From the NCBI GenBank assembly GCA_951406725.2, contig OX597823.1, forward strand, positions 78,678,001-78,742,000: a stretch of 64,000 nucleotides of DNA, read 5' to 3'. The stretch is from Octopus vulgaris (Eukaryota). This document shows positions 1 through 12,723 of the stretch, in pieces. Both the position numbers and the translations under genes were made by a program. The notes beneath the pieces were generated by a model. That model worked only from the letters and a program-made list of their open reading frames with translations, was not told the DNA's origin and did no database searches. Positions within the stretch are counted from its first letter, which is position 1. Every line of letters starts with the position of its first letter.

Positions 1-353
1 TAAGGTCCTGTTCAAAGATTTGGCTTGGCATGAATCCACTCTCACTGGAAGCATACCAAAAGACCATCACAGTTTGGGGTAACTTAGTTTTCATGATATT
101 CACGTCACGTCTTACAGCCTTTACAGTGTTCGCAGAGCATTGAGCAGCCGTCATGATGCCAGCATTTTAACGCCTAGCACAAATCATCATAATACAGGTA
201 ACACTTTTCCAATATTCAGATTGCTTCCAGTCTTCCAAGTCAGCTAACTTTTTCTCAGCTACAACTTCAGTCTTTTTGCTCTACAATGCCATCGACTGTT
301 CATGAAAAAAAGGAGACATAAAAAAAAAATCTTCAAATTTAGCCTGAACACTC
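1..353 (-). mobile_element. Internally deleted Tc1/mariner (maT/DD37D-like) relic, runs off the window start
   Basis: Minus strand reads HTH-like IMTAAQCSANTVKAVRR joined directly to MKTKLPQTVMVF..ASSE.G.MP..IFEQ.L (maT-type motif); TIR-like end TA|GAGTGTTCAGGCTAAATTTGAAG near 353. Confidence 0.5.
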
Positions 354-1106
354 TATGATATCCCCTCTCACTCTTCAATCTGTAAAATGCTTGTAAATGT
401 AAACTAAAACAACAGTAGTATCGTATAAGTGATATCTGTAGAGTATATCACTATAGATTATATAGAGGCCATGTTGAAACTAGTGATAGCCTTGCAAAGG
501 TTCTAGAGTTTTATAACAAAATTCTAGAATATCAGTTTCGATAAAGTTTAGAACCTGTAACATTGATAAATGGGTTATTGATATTTTGGTTATTTGGTTA
601 AGATGGTTAGCTGAATAAAATGAATGTTGCTGGTTTAGACTAAATTTTGTCTACGTGCTGTTTTGTCTAGGAAGTCCATTTTAGATATTTTATGAGGCCA
701 TTTATTTATACATAAACATTACAATGATTACAATAGTTTCTTGTTGAGGCTGTATTGCTGGTTATCAGGAATGAGTTATGTGTGTATGTTGTGTCTGGCT
801 AAGAATTGGATAGCTGCATAGTTGCATGTGGTGAGACGGTAGAATTAAGAAGTTCATTGTAGACAAAGTGATTGTTTTCAACCCGAGGTCAAGAAGTGAG
901 CAAGAATCCTAAATTCATCTCTCCTGTCAAGAACTTCTTTCAAACCTCTGCACTGATTGTCCCACGGTTCTATATTTACAACCATATTTTGACTGAAAAA
1001 TCATAGAAAATTCCATCAATCATATGATTGCAGCTGAAATATTATTGGTGAGAATCCAAGGCAAGTTGCTTGTTATGATGTGGCCTATTTCTTGTTATTG
1101 GACTAA

Positions 1107-1390
1107 TCATCATCATCATCATCATCATCATAGTTTAACGTCCGTTTTCCATGCTAGTATGGGTTGGACGGTTTGACTGGGGTCTGGGAAGCCAGGAGGC
1201 TGCACCAGGCTCCAGTCTGATCTGCCAGTGTTTCTACAGCTGGATGCCCTTCCTAACCACTCCGTGAGTGTAGTGGGTGCTTTTTACATGCCACCGGCAC
1301 AGGTGCTAGGGGAGGCAGGCAACGGCCACGATCGGTTGGTGCTTTTTACGTGCCACCGGCACGGAAGCCAGTCAAGGCGGTGCTGGCATG
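1107..1390 (-). mobile_element. RTE-tail-type short retroelement fragment ending in a (GAT)n tail
   Basis: (CAT)n at 1107-1130 followed by tttaacgtccgttttccatgctag...ggatgcccttcctaac, a typical retroposon 3' end. Confidence 0.5.
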
Positions 1391-1844
1391 TGGTTTCAAA
1401 TTTAAGCCCCACTACAGACCAATGTCTACATTCTCATTATTTGCTGTAGTGTGGTGTACTTCATTCCAGATCACAGATGTGGAGAGCAGGGCTTGGTAAG
1501 GCATTGCTTATGGCATCAACCCACTACTTGGTGTCCTGTAAGTTTTAATGAAGTTGGACGATATGACTCAATACAAAGTTAGAACATATTGTATCGTACA
1601 CATCACCTTTATTATTTTTATCCTATTGGGTCACATAGAATGCTATATTGATAAACATATGAGTCTGTGAACAGCTGAGATGAGAAGTTGACAAGATTTA
1701 TTTTTTTGTGGTCTGAAGAAAGAGGCTATGCTCATGCAAATCCTCTGAGACCTGTGAGGTGCTGACAATGTTTCCATTCCACTCGATCTTAATCAACTAA
1801 TTCATTCCCACCAAATTTGTAGATTTGTACCTTGTCCTAGAAAT

Positions 1845-3496
1845 TATTATTATTATTATTCAGATCACTGCCTGGAATCGAACTCAGAATCTTGGGCTTA
1901 GTAACCCGCACTCTTAACCACTACGCCATATGCCCATGGGCATATGGTGTAGTGGTTAAGAGCACGGGCAACTAACCCCAAGATTCCGAGTTCGATTCCA
2001 GGCAGCGATCTGAATAATAATAATGATGATGATGATGTGAATGACAACAACATTGAAAAATACCTTAGGAATGAGAACCCAGGTCCGAAATTTCCCCAAG
2101 ACACCTGATGAGTGTTGGAGGGTATAACAGCCAAAACATAGTGTTACGAGGGGCGTTCAATAAGTAATGCCCCTGACCCACTTCCCATAGCAGTAGAGCA
2201 ACGACACTTGGCACAGTTATTAGTCTTTTCCTACATAGGAACTACCCAGAGTTATGCATTTCTACCATCGTTTGATACAGCTCTGGAGACCGTTTTTGTA
2301 GAAGACTCCAGCTTGGTCCTCCAACCACGACGTGACTTCAGAAATCAAAGCTGCATCATCTGGGAAACGCTTTCCTTTCAAAATCAACTTCATGGCTGGG
2401 AAGAGGTGAAAATCAGAGGGTGCAAGGGTAGGAGTTCATAGCTGCACGCCTGTGCTTCTGATCTGGCGACACGCGAGTTGTGGACTGGAGCATTGTCCTG
2501 CAGGAGGAGGATGCCTTTGCTGATCTTGCCCCACCTCTTGATTTTGATAGCTTCTCTTAATTTCCTCAAAAGTGAAGCATAATAGGCTCCTGTAACTGTG
2601 GTACCCTTTGCCAGGAAATCTGTCATCACTACTCCGTCCTGGTCCCAGAAGACTGTGAGCATAACCTTGTCAGTGGAGGGCTGCACCCTTGCCTTCTTTG
2701 GAGGAGGTGAGTCACGGTGCTTTCACTGCATTGACTGGGCTTTGGTCTATGGATCATAGTGATGGACCCAGGTTTTATCCTGTGTGATCAGTCTTTTGAA
2801 AAATTTTGACTCATCTTCTTGGCACATCTCCAAATTCATCCTCGAGCACTCAACGCGTTCTTGCTTCTGGAAAGGTGTGAGCAACCTGGAAATCCATCTA
2901 GCAGACACCTTTTGCATATGCAAATGGTCATGAATGATAGTTTCCACAGACCCGGTACTAATCTTGACCTTATGGGCTATTTGGCGAATAGTTATGCGTT
3001 GACCTTCCAAAATGGCAGCCTCAACTTGATGGACAGACGTCTCATCAATGGCAGAAGGGGACGACCAGATCTGGGAGCTGTTTCCACAGAGTTCCGACTA
3101 TGTTTGAATTCACAATGCCAGCGTTTTACAAGGTCATATGATGGGGCATCATCACCATAAGTTACTTTCATTTCATCAAAAGTCTCCCGTGGTGTGCGTC
3201 CTTTCAAATACAAAAACCAGATCACTGCTCGACACTCAACAGGCTCCATTTCACACTTGACTCAGTTCAAACACCTGTAAATCAGAAACCACAATTAGTT
3301 CAGAGCTGTAATTCGTCACTTAATCTATAGAGGTATAAATAAGTGCACATGCAAAATTTCAGCTAGATCACACAACTGCAAGTGGGTCAGGGGCATTACT
3401 TATTGAACGCCCCTCGTAACAACAGAGGACAAATATCCATCAATTGTAAATAATGTGAATAATGTACATAATTCCTCTTGTCTTAAATATAGAACT

Positions 3497-3499
<3 letters not shown>
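1845..3499 (+). mobile_element. Non-autonomous tRNA-headed, hammerhead-bearing element with inverted head duplication; interrupted by a mariner
   Basis: Palindrome 1861-1936/1937-2012 of a tRNA-like head (A box TGGTGTAGTGG 1945-1955, B box GAGTTCGATTCC 1988-1999), then (TAA)n, body, degenerate hammerhead 2100-2145, and a tail resuming at 3417 ending AAATATAGAACTGTA, the same end as the copy at 23826. Confidence 0.75.
2147..3416 (-). mobile_element. Mariner (DD34D) transposon, full length, transposase pseudogenised
   Basis: 37-bp TIRs CGAGGGGCGTTCAATAAGTAATGCCCCTGACCCACTT at 2147-2183 and 3380-3416, TA TSD; frameshifted ORFs with WISRLL, ITQDKTW, LLQDNAPVH; YSPDLAP region deleted. Confidence 0.95.
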
Positions 3500-3548
<49 letters not shown>

Positions 3549-4380
3549 CATCATTATTATTATTATTATGATGATGATGATGAAGTGTTCACATGGTGGA
3601 TTAACAGGAAAAACATCAGCAGAGAGGGAATTACAGAGGGATATACTCTGGGTAAAAAAAGACTGGGTACAGCTGCACAACAGTGAGTGATGGGTTTGGT
3701 GTGTGTGGACACAATATGGAGAGATGAGTGAACTGGAAATGCCTTAGTGGAAATGATACAAGATGAACCAGACCTGATGAGCAGTAGTTTGCATAGTTAC
3801 AGTGGGAAAGAGAGAGAGAGAGAGAAAGAGAGCAGGGAATTTTAGGATTTGGTAAAGTAGCGACTAACTCTTGGATGCACTATTTGAGGGATATTGTCAG
3901 TAACCTTGTTGGTGTCAAGTAACTGGAATGCACTTGAGGGCACATGTGATTCTGGTGCAGTGGAAAGGGATATTTGTGAAGAAGTCTTACCAATTGCATG
4001 CACTCTGGAGTTGGATACAAACCAGGCAATGAATTTGGCGGCATTATTTGTACAAGTAAAAGGCAGCCAACTGGCAGAATTGTTAGCATGCTGGGCAGGA
4101 TGCTTAGTGGCATTTCGTCTGTCCTTATATTCTGAGTTCAAATTTTGTCGAAGTTGACTTTGTCTTTCCCCCTTTCAGGGAGGGTCAATAAAATAAATCC
4201 CAGTTATGCACTGGGGTCAATGTAATTGACGACCCCTGCCCTCCAAAATTTTAGGCTTTGTGCCTACAGTAGAAAGAATTATTTGTGCAAATACTACTTC
4301 AACAACCATCTTAATTGAGATGTAGAGAAAGGGAGAATTCTGTAAATTTGAGAGAAATCTTTCTCTAAAAGGATCAAAAG

Positions 4381-5061
4381 GATCATCATTATCATCCTAG
4401 TCAGGTGTCGTACTATGCGATGCTGTGGTCATCACAATGTCCTGCCACCTTCTCCTGTCCTTTACGCCATGGACTGCTGAGGATAAAGACAATCCTGTGG
4501 CTGCGATGTCTTTCAGCCAGGAAGTGGGTAGTCTGCCTCTTTCGCATCTGCTGTTCACCTTGCCAATTATGATCGTTTGCTCAAGTCCATCCCGGTGCAT
4601 GATGTGGCCAAAGAACCGTAGCTTCCACTTCATGATGTCTCGCCGAAGTGTCATCTCACAACCAAGATTTTCTAGTACCCAATTCTGCGGTAACACCACA
4701 TTTCAGAAGCGCTCACTCTTTTCTCATCTGCCTTCAACATTGTCCACAACTCGCAGCCGTACGTCACAATAGAGAAAGCGGTAGCCCGAAGTAGCCTTAT
4801 CTTCAGCAGCACTGACATGCCACAACTCTTCCAGATGTTCTCCACATCTTGTACCACTTGCCTCACTATTGCAAGTCTTCTCTGTAGTTCTGGTGTACTT
4901 GATCCACTGGTGCTGATTGTGGATCCCAAGTACACAAAATTATCCACTTCCTGAATCATCTCTCCATCTACGGTGAAGTCACCTTGGTCTGTCCTGTACT
5001 TATCCACCACCAAGATCTTTGTCTTCTTTACATTCAGGAATAGGTCACTTTGTGCACTCAA
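4381..5061 (-). mobile_element. RTE-clade LINE 3' fragment (RT C-terminus)
   Basis: LFLNVKKTKIL, VDNFVYLGS, IVTYGCELW, EMWCYRRI, KLRFFGHIM, GR...SWLKDI; GAT-rich tail at ~4381-4396. Confidence 0.9.
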
Positions 5062-5934
5062 TCAAAAGGATAGACAACTATCCTTTTTATTGAGTTCTCT
5101 CATCTCCCAAAAACTATTGCCTATCAAAAGGATAGGGAATAGTTTTTGGGAGGTGAGAGAACTCAATAGTTGTGGGTATGCAAAGGCATCACTTAAATTG
5201 CAAATAGTGGCCTTGCTGGTATTTTGATAGTGGCTAAGAGCTAGTTTGTGAGAGTAGGTGATTCTCTCCATCTTTCATAGGCTATGTTTTTGCCTGAATT
5301 ACTTTCATGCACTCCATAGACTTTTGATATGAATTTTGGTTATGTGCAATATGTGGAAGGACGCTCCTTAGAAAGACGATGGGTTTAACTCCTTCCACCA
5401 GCTGTGTCTGATGTGTCAAAGGTGAAGTGTATGTTCTATCAGTGACAGTTAGATTAGAATTGGCAAAGCTCCACCAACTTACCTAATCTGAAGTGCAATA
5501 GTGTCCAAAATCTCTGGAACAGCCTTGCATAAGTTGTATGGTGGGTAGTTTCAATAAGGCAGTTGTTGTAGGACTCTCTATATGAGTAGAGACAATGATG
5601 GTCTGGTAAAGTTTGGGGTTGGAGGTGAGAAAGTGATGGAAAGTATTTGACTGTATCACTCGGAGATGCTTGTAGGAAGTTGTGGATTGATGACAGAGAT
5701 TTAGGGCAGTCGGGCAGGCACACGTGAGCTCGGAGCGTGGCTACCTGGACGCGTGGCTTGTCCACGAAAGTCGGAGGTCCCGCAATTGTACGTAGTTAGA
5801 GCCTCACCTCGCCCATGGTGGACGGATGTTAATGTGTGGGCAAATGTGTGTTAATGTGTAGCCATACTGTTCCAGCATGGACAGTATGGGATGAATGTGA
5901 AAACTGTGTGTCATGAAATGAAACAGATGTATTG

Positions 5935-6024
5935 GAAGAAGAAGAAGAAGAAGAAGGAGAAGGAGAAAAAGGAGAAGAAGAAGAAGGAGAAGAAGAAGGA
6001 GAAGGAGAAAAAGGAGGAGGAGAA

Positions 6025-6055
<31 letters not shown>

Positions 6056-6232
6056 GAGAAGAAGAAGAAAAAGGAGAGGAAGAGGAATATGGAGAAGAAG
6101 AAGAAAAAGGAGAGGAAGAAGGAGAAAAAGAAGAAAAAGGAGAAGAAGAAGGTGAAAAAGAAGAAGGAGGAGAAGAAGAAGAAGAAGAAGAAGAAGAAGA
6201 AGAAGAAGAAGAAGAAGAAGAAGATGAAGAAG
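5935..6232. repeat. (GAA/GGA)n low-complexity tract
   Basis: Direct inspection; source of the spurious poly-E/poly-K/poly-S ORFs. Confidence 0.95.
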
Positions 6233-6399
6233 ATACAGTCAATGTATTGGTAGTTGCTGGAGTTAAGAGTGTGAGAGAAGGAGGGGGAAGAGGAGGAGAG
6301 GATGAGGGCAAGATGATGATGATGATGATGACTGTTATATTTGCTTTTGCTTTTATCTTGGTTGGATTGCATTGTATAAAATGCGGAAATTTGAACCGT

Positions 6400-7660
6400 A
6401 CGGGACTCCTTCCTCTAAAATGAAATGGAGAAGACCTAAATAACTGGAAAAGCGAGAAGACCAAATCGGAAAAAGAAATAAGGGAGATGATTCTGTTCGG
6501 TTTCTTGATTAGGTTCATCAGACTTATTTCCCTTTAAAAATTCGCTATGTTCTGCATTGTCAAAAATCAGATCAATAAAGATTTCATACATTCACTATTC
6601 TTCGGCAAAAGTGAGAACCAGCGTGTGTGCCTCAACGTAGTCATTCGACTTGCTAGAAATAGCTACCAAATCTTCTCCAAAACACCGCTTTTTTAAAAAA
6701 GAAATGGTTTGCCCACTAAAATTAAGAGTCGGCTGTGGCTGATATCAACATGGAAAATTATTTGAAAAAACATTCTAGTGAAAATTTGAAATAATTCGAC
6801 CAATTGGATGAATTTTAAAAAGATCCCGGTACTTTTTGACTGCGGCCATGCTGGAGCACCGCCTTTAGTCGAGCAAATCGACCTCAGGACTTATTCTTTG
6901 TAAGCCTAGTACTTATTCTATGGGTCTCTTTTTGCCGAACCGCTAAGTTACGGGGACGTAAACATACCAGCATCGGTTGTCAAGCAATGCTATGGGGACA
7001 AACACACTCACACAAACATACACACGCATATATATATATACGTAAACATACCAGCATCGGTTGTCAAGCGATGTTGCGGGGGGGGGGGGGGATAAACATA
7101 GATACACACACACACATATATATGACGAGCTTCTTTCAGTTTCCGTTTGCCAAATCCACTCTACTAGGCTTTGGTCGGCCCGAGGCTATAGTAGAAGAAA
7201 TTTGCCCAAGGTGCCACGCAGAGAGACTGAACCCGGAATTATGTGGTTGGTAAGCAAGCTATTTACCACATAGCCACTCCTGCGCCTAATAACATTTTTA
7301 TAACAAATCATACCATGCCTATTGAGGAGGCTAAACGTCAATAATGTGTTGAAGTATTGAATCTCTTGTCGCCACAAACCCAATTTTTTAATGGGGGTGA
7401 GGTAACCAAAATGTACCAAGATCCCGACTAACGCCTTCCCCTAAAATTGCAGGCCTTCTACTTAAATTAGAAACAATAATTTTACTGCTTTCAGCCATAG
7501 TGATGCATCGCATTTAAAGGTTTTGTCAATTATATCAACCTTACTACGTATTTCAGTACTTGTTTTATCGGTCTCTACGTGTCGAATCGCTAACTTCTTT
7601 GCATAAATAACCACACTATAAGGAACTTTGGCGTACACATAAAATGTGTCGACGATCTTC
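6400..7660 (-). pseudogene. Decayed nAChR-like (Cys-loop) receptor copy, interrupted by a SINE
   Basis: In order on minus strand: AIRHVETDKT..VDIIDKTFKCDASLWL (cf. VRPV..N..IIDVDEKNQ...WL), LWRQEIQYFN (cf. IWRPDIVLYN), RHGMICY, VPGSFKI, NFPC*YQ (cf. FPFDxQ), LIKKPNRIISLISFSDLVFSL (pre-M1/M1). Confidence 0.6.
6836..7286 (-). mobile_element. tRNA-derived SINE family A
   Basis: Head AGGCGCAGGAGTGGCT(G/A)TGTGGTAA, internal (TA)/(TG) tract, body ending CTCCAGCATGGCCGCAGTCAA; more than 12 copies in the window. Confidence 0.9.
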
Positions 7661-8367
7661 CATCTATGCATGCATTCATTCATTCATTCATTTCCATTTG
7701 CCGAATTCTACTCATAAAGCATTTGTTAACACAAGACTTTATAATGAGAGGCAAGGTTCATGATATAGGATAAATATCACCTTCTCCTATTAAAATTGTT
7801 CGTTGTGTTGTTTCAGGCTCCAGTAGGCGAGGAAAGAAGTCTTAAGTAAAAATGCAATTCACAACCAGTTTATTTAGAAGTTACACAGAATAGATGAAGT
7901 GTGTTTCTCTCAGTATACCAACTCAGGCTGTGTACGTTTCGTTGTATCTCCGTTAAAGCGACGTACGACATGCAGACAGGACTAGTCTGGAGACCCAGCC
8001 AGCGAAGTATGTTCAGCAAAGCGCTTGCGGTGAAGAAGATAGAATCTGTTTTGTTGGGCCCTTATATACAGTTTGCCATCGCGAGCCTCGTTGTGATCTC
8101 GCGCATGGCAAATGGATGCAGGTGAGGTCTCGCTCCAGTCTCTGAGATGGCAGTGGCTGCCGCGAGATCTCATCCAATATGGTACTGACTGCTTGTGCCG
8201 CTACAACTTGAGGTAAGTTGCACAAAGTGCTGTGCAGTGGGAACCACGCGGTTGCAAAGCGAATATATTTACAATACAGCCATGTATGTCTAACATTAAA
8301 AAAAAAAAAACGATACTGCGATACAGATCAAACTATCATTTATCTTTTAATTGTTTCAGTTATTTGT

Positions 8368-8930
8368 AAGGCGGCGAGCTGGCAGAAACGCTTGCACGCC
8401 TTTCGGGGTCGATAAATTAAGTACCAGTTGCACACTGGAGTCGATGTAATCGACTTAATCCCTTTGTCCCCTCTATGTTTAGCCCCTTGTGGGCAATAAA
8501 CAAATAAGAAACGTTAACACGCCGGGCAAAATTCTTAGCTGTATTTCGACTTCTGAGTTCAAATTCTGCAGAGGTCGACTTTGCCTTTTATCCTTTCGGG
8601 GTTGATTAAATAAGTACCAGTTACGCACTGTGGTCGATATAATCGACTTAATCCGTTTGTCTGTCCTTGTCTCTCCTCTCTGTGTTTAGCCCCTTGTGGG
8701 TAGTAAAGAAATAGGTATTACGTCTGCCGTTATAAGGCGGCGAGCTGGTAGAAGTGTTAGCACGCCGGACGAAATGCTTAGCGCTATTTCGTCTGTCTTT
8801 ATGTTCAGAGTTCAAATTCCGCCGAGGTCGACTTTGCCTTTCATCCTTTTGGGGTCGATAAATTAAGTACCAGTTGCGTACTGGGGTCGATGTAATCAAC
8901 TGGCTCCCTTCCCCAAAATTTCGAGCCTGA
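8368..8930 (+). mobile_element. SINE family C, head-to-tail multimer
   Basis: AAGGCGGCGAGCTGGCAGAAACG head; repeated GGTCGACTTTGCCTTTCATCCTTTCGGGGTCGATAAATTAAGTACCAG core. Confidence 0.85.
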
Positions 8931-9479
8931 ATTGTTTCAGTCATTAGACTGCGGCCAAGCTGGTGCACCACCGTGAAGGGCTTTTTAGTCAAACAAATCG
9001 ACCACAGTACTTATTTTTCTAAGCTTGGTGCTTATTCTGTCGGTCTCTTCTGCCGAGCTGCTACGTCACAGGGACATACACAAAGCAACATCGCTCGTCA
9101 AGCGGTGATAGGGGACACACATACACATATATGTACGATGGGCTTCTTTCAATCTCCGTCTTCCGAATCCACTCGCAAGGCTTTGGTCGGCCCGGGGCTG
9201 TAGCAGAAGACAATTGTTTAAGGTGTCACACTGTGGAACTGAATACCTACGCTAAACTCTGCCTTTCAATAAAATAAACAGCTAGTAAATTATTGGGTCA
9301 AGCGGTAGTGGGAGGCACACATATATATGATGGGCCTCTTTCAGTTTTCCAACTCCCACTAACTAAAATTTGCTAACCTTGTGTAGTTAGTTCACTCACA
9401 CACCTCTAAGCCAATAACGGAGCCTCTGCATGGTCTATGTATCTGCTAGAAATAGCAACCAAAGGTGGGTTATTCTATT

Positions 9480-9970
9480 CATAAGTGTATTTGTAGGTTG
9501 TTCTTGCTGTATTACCTCAGGTTAATTGAGTGATAAGATTTATGACGAAAAGTACTACAACCACAAACATTTCGTTTTTGATGAGGAAAATAAGATTCCA
9601 TTATGCAATTTGTCATTTCTTTTTCCCTATTTGTGATTTGAGGACGAATTGGCTGCTATCTTTTGTAGGTTAAGTGACCATATAAAGACCCCACCACCAC
9701 CACCACCACCACCACCTTATACTACGTTTCGGGTTCGTTTCTCAGTAGGAGAAGAGTTGAGAATATAGTTGGAAAATTGCTATTGTTTACTCTCAGGTTA
9801 CTTATGAGTGAATAGCCTAATACTCAAAGACATTCCATTTATGCCACTCACGACTGTTTCAGTAGATGGTACCATATTATCCACTGTGTGGTTTGAGGCA
9901 AATTTGGTCGCTACATTTAGCAGATCGATCGACCGCAGAGAGGGTTCCTCGGCGACCCGTGTATTTCTAT
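9480..9970 (-). pseudogene. Probable decayed nAChR-like receptor fragment
   Basis: TKFASNHTVDNMVPSTETVVSGIN (beta5-beta6-like) followed by LIFLIKNEMFVVVVLFVINLITQL (pre-M1/M1-like). Confidence 0.35.
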
Positions 9971-10206
9971 ATACAGGGAAGAAGTGCATGTTGTACTGTG
10001 AAATGAAATAGAGAACAGAAGGAATACTGAAGTGATGAATCTTGTGTAATAGGATGAAATAGATACAAGAGTATCTCTTTGTATAGCGAAGATGTGTATT
10101 TTGTATTGTGGGATGAAAAAGATGCTGTAATGTACCAGCTTGCATATTGAAAAGGTTTATGGTGTACTGTAGAATGAAATAGAGGATATTGTAGTGTATT
10201 CATATG

Positions 10207-10603
10207 TAGGAGTGGCTGTGTGGTAAGTAGCTTGCTAACCAACTACATGGTTCTGGGTTCAGTCCCCCTGCGTGGCATCTTGGGCAAGTGTCTTCTGCTA
10301 TAGCCCCGGGCTGACCAATGCCTTGTGAGTGGATTTGGTAAACGGAAACTGAAAGAAGCCCGTCGTATATATGTATATGTATGTATGTGTGTTTGTGTTT
10401 GGCCCCCCCTAGCATTGCTTGACAACCGATGCTGGTGTGTTTACGTCCCCGTCACTTAGCGGTTCGGCAAAAGAGACCGATGGAATAAGTACTGGGCTTT
10501 ACAAAGAATAAGTCCCGGTGTCGATTTGCTCGACTAAAGGCGGTGCTCCAGCATGGCCGCAGTCGAATGACTGAAACAAGTAAAAGAGTAAAAGAGTAAA
10601 GAG
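10207..10603 (+). mobile_element. SINE family A
   Basis: Full head and GTAAAAGA-repeat tail. Confidence 0.9.
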
Positions 10604-10846
10604 TATATTGGTTTCAAACTTTGCCACAAGGTCAGCAATTTCGGGGGAAGGAGTAAGTCGATTACATCAATCCCAGTGCCTGTTACTCCTTCCTCACCAT
10701 CTTCCGTTGCTTAATCTCCACCATTTTTTTCTTTGTTTCTTGTTTATGTAATTCATTCTTTTTTTCTCCATAGTTTATTATTATTATTATTTTTTTTTAT
10801 ATTTAAAAATTTTTTGTCTTTTCTTGTAAAAAAATATATTGCTAAA

Positions 10847-11233
10847 CTAGCAGTATCGCCCGGCGTTGCTCGGGTTTGTTTCGACCCTTTAGAATTGAAA
10901 TTTTTGAAAAGTAAAAATTTTGCATTATATAGCTTGTTATTATCTTTAAGTGAACAATTTTCTGGTTGAATTATACCGAAAAATGGTGACACAGCAGTGA
11001 AAAAATCGTAAAAAATAGTGTTTTTCATAGAAAAAAAGCACCTTTTTGATGTAAATAATTTTTGGTGTTAACATAGTCCGATTTGAATTTTTTTCTTCTA
11101 CGGAAGGAAGAGCAAGCCTTCTTCTATCATACTCTCAATTTTGGTCAACTTGCGCCTCAGGGTCTCGGAGGAGATAGTGTTAGTTGAAGGCTACCAAACC
11201 TGCCATACACAGACAACTTCAGCTTTACATAAA
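10847..11233 (-). mobile_element. Non-autonomous Helitron
   Basis: 3' CTAG|T end with subterminal hairpin CCCGAGCAACGCCGGG; homologous to the copy at 55192-55542. Confidence 0.8.
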
Positions 11234-11684
11234 TCTAGCCTTAAAAAAAATAGAATGTATTTATGTCAAGAAACATAACTATAGCAGTATATTTTGCAGA
11301 GTTATTTCCCTTGAAATCATATTCGTGAATAGCGAACAAGACGTCAACTATCTTTTTGTTTAGCGCACAAATCTCCATCAAATCAGTTACAGCCATCTTC
11401 ATTAAAATTTTTTCTTATACATACAGTATGTTTAAAAAATCACACTGGATGATCACCATTGGAATGTTTTTCACAATAAGTCTGCTGGATGAAAGCTGAG
11501 TAAGGATTAAAGAATAACAACTTAGCAATGCACGTATTACTGTGTTACCGTTGTGTCAATCTGTTTGCCTGTCTGTCTGCCTACCTACGTACATGTCTTT
11601 TCGTCCTCTGTCTCACACTTTCTTTGTGTGTGTGCGTGTGTAAATACATGCACATTTATATTTACACACATATGTACGTGTATA

Positions 11685-11717
11685 TCTATCTGTCTGTCTG
11701 CCTGCCTGCCGGCCTGC

Positions 11718-11798
<81 letters not shown>

Positions 11799-11799
11799 A

Positions 11800-11872
<73 letters not shown>

Positions 11873-11959
11873 CCTACCTACCTACCTACCTACCTACCTA
11901 CCTACCTACCTACCTACCTGTCCGTCCGTCCGTCCGTCCGTCCGTCCGTCCGTCCGTCC

Positions 11960-12011
<52 letters not shown>

Positions 12012-12085
12012 GACTGTCTGTCTGTCTGTCTATACACATACACACACACTTACACACACACACTTACACACACACACACACACGC
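11685..12085. repeat. Compound tetranucleotide microsatellite (CTAT/CTGT/CTAC/CCGT) followed by (CA)n
   Basis: Direct inspection. Confidence 0.95.
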
Positions 12086-12305
12086 ATATCTGCACGTACA
12101 TGCACGTATGTGTGTTATGTAAGTATATATGTAAGCATGCATTTATGTATGCTTATATACACATTTGTATAGACAACATGTCTAAGTAGTTGAAATGCTT
12201 GTTTCGTAAAGTCATGGTTCTCAGTTCGATCCAACTGTACATCGTTTTTGAGATGTAACTTTTATCATAGCCTCTAGTTGACCAATGCCTTGTGACAGAA
12301 ACTAT

Positions 12306-12723
12306 GAGGCAGCGAGCTGGCAGAAACGTTAGCACGCCGGGCGAAATGCTTAGCGGTGTTTCGTCTGCCGTTACGTTCTGAGTTCAAATTCCGCCGAGGT
12401 CGACTTTGCCTTTCATCCTCTCGGGGTCGATAAATTAAGTACCAGTTACGCACTGGGGTCGGTATAATCGACTTAATCCGTTTGTCTGTCCTTGTTTGTC
12501 CCCTCTGTGTTTAGCCCCTTGTGGGTTGTAAAGAAATAGGTATTTCATCTGCCGCTACGTTCTGAGTTCAAATTCCGCCGAGGTCAACTTTGCCTTTCAT
12601 CCTTTCGGGGTCGATAAATTAAGTACCAGTTACGCACTGGATCGATGTAATCGGCTTAATACCATTGTCTGTCCTTGTTTGTCCCCTCTATGTTTAGCCC
12701 CTTGTGGGTAATAAAGAAATAAG
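12306..12723 (+). mobile_element. SINE family C dimer
   Basis: One head followed by two ~180-bp body units. Confidence 0.85.

Noticed and set aside
1861-2012. Genuine tRNA genes
   Set aside because: A/B boxes are present but the acceptor stem does not pair and the heads run into a repeat body; they are SINE-like heads
5829-6423. Long poly-E/poly-K/poly-S ORFs, and all [12 protein letters not shown] ORFs elsewhere
   Set aside because: Translations of microsatellites
7930-8220. Possible long-stem-II hammerhead (GTTGTA...TACAAC-GAAACGTA, minus strand)
   Set aside because: 5' core not recognisable; left as an unclassified GC-richer repeat fragment
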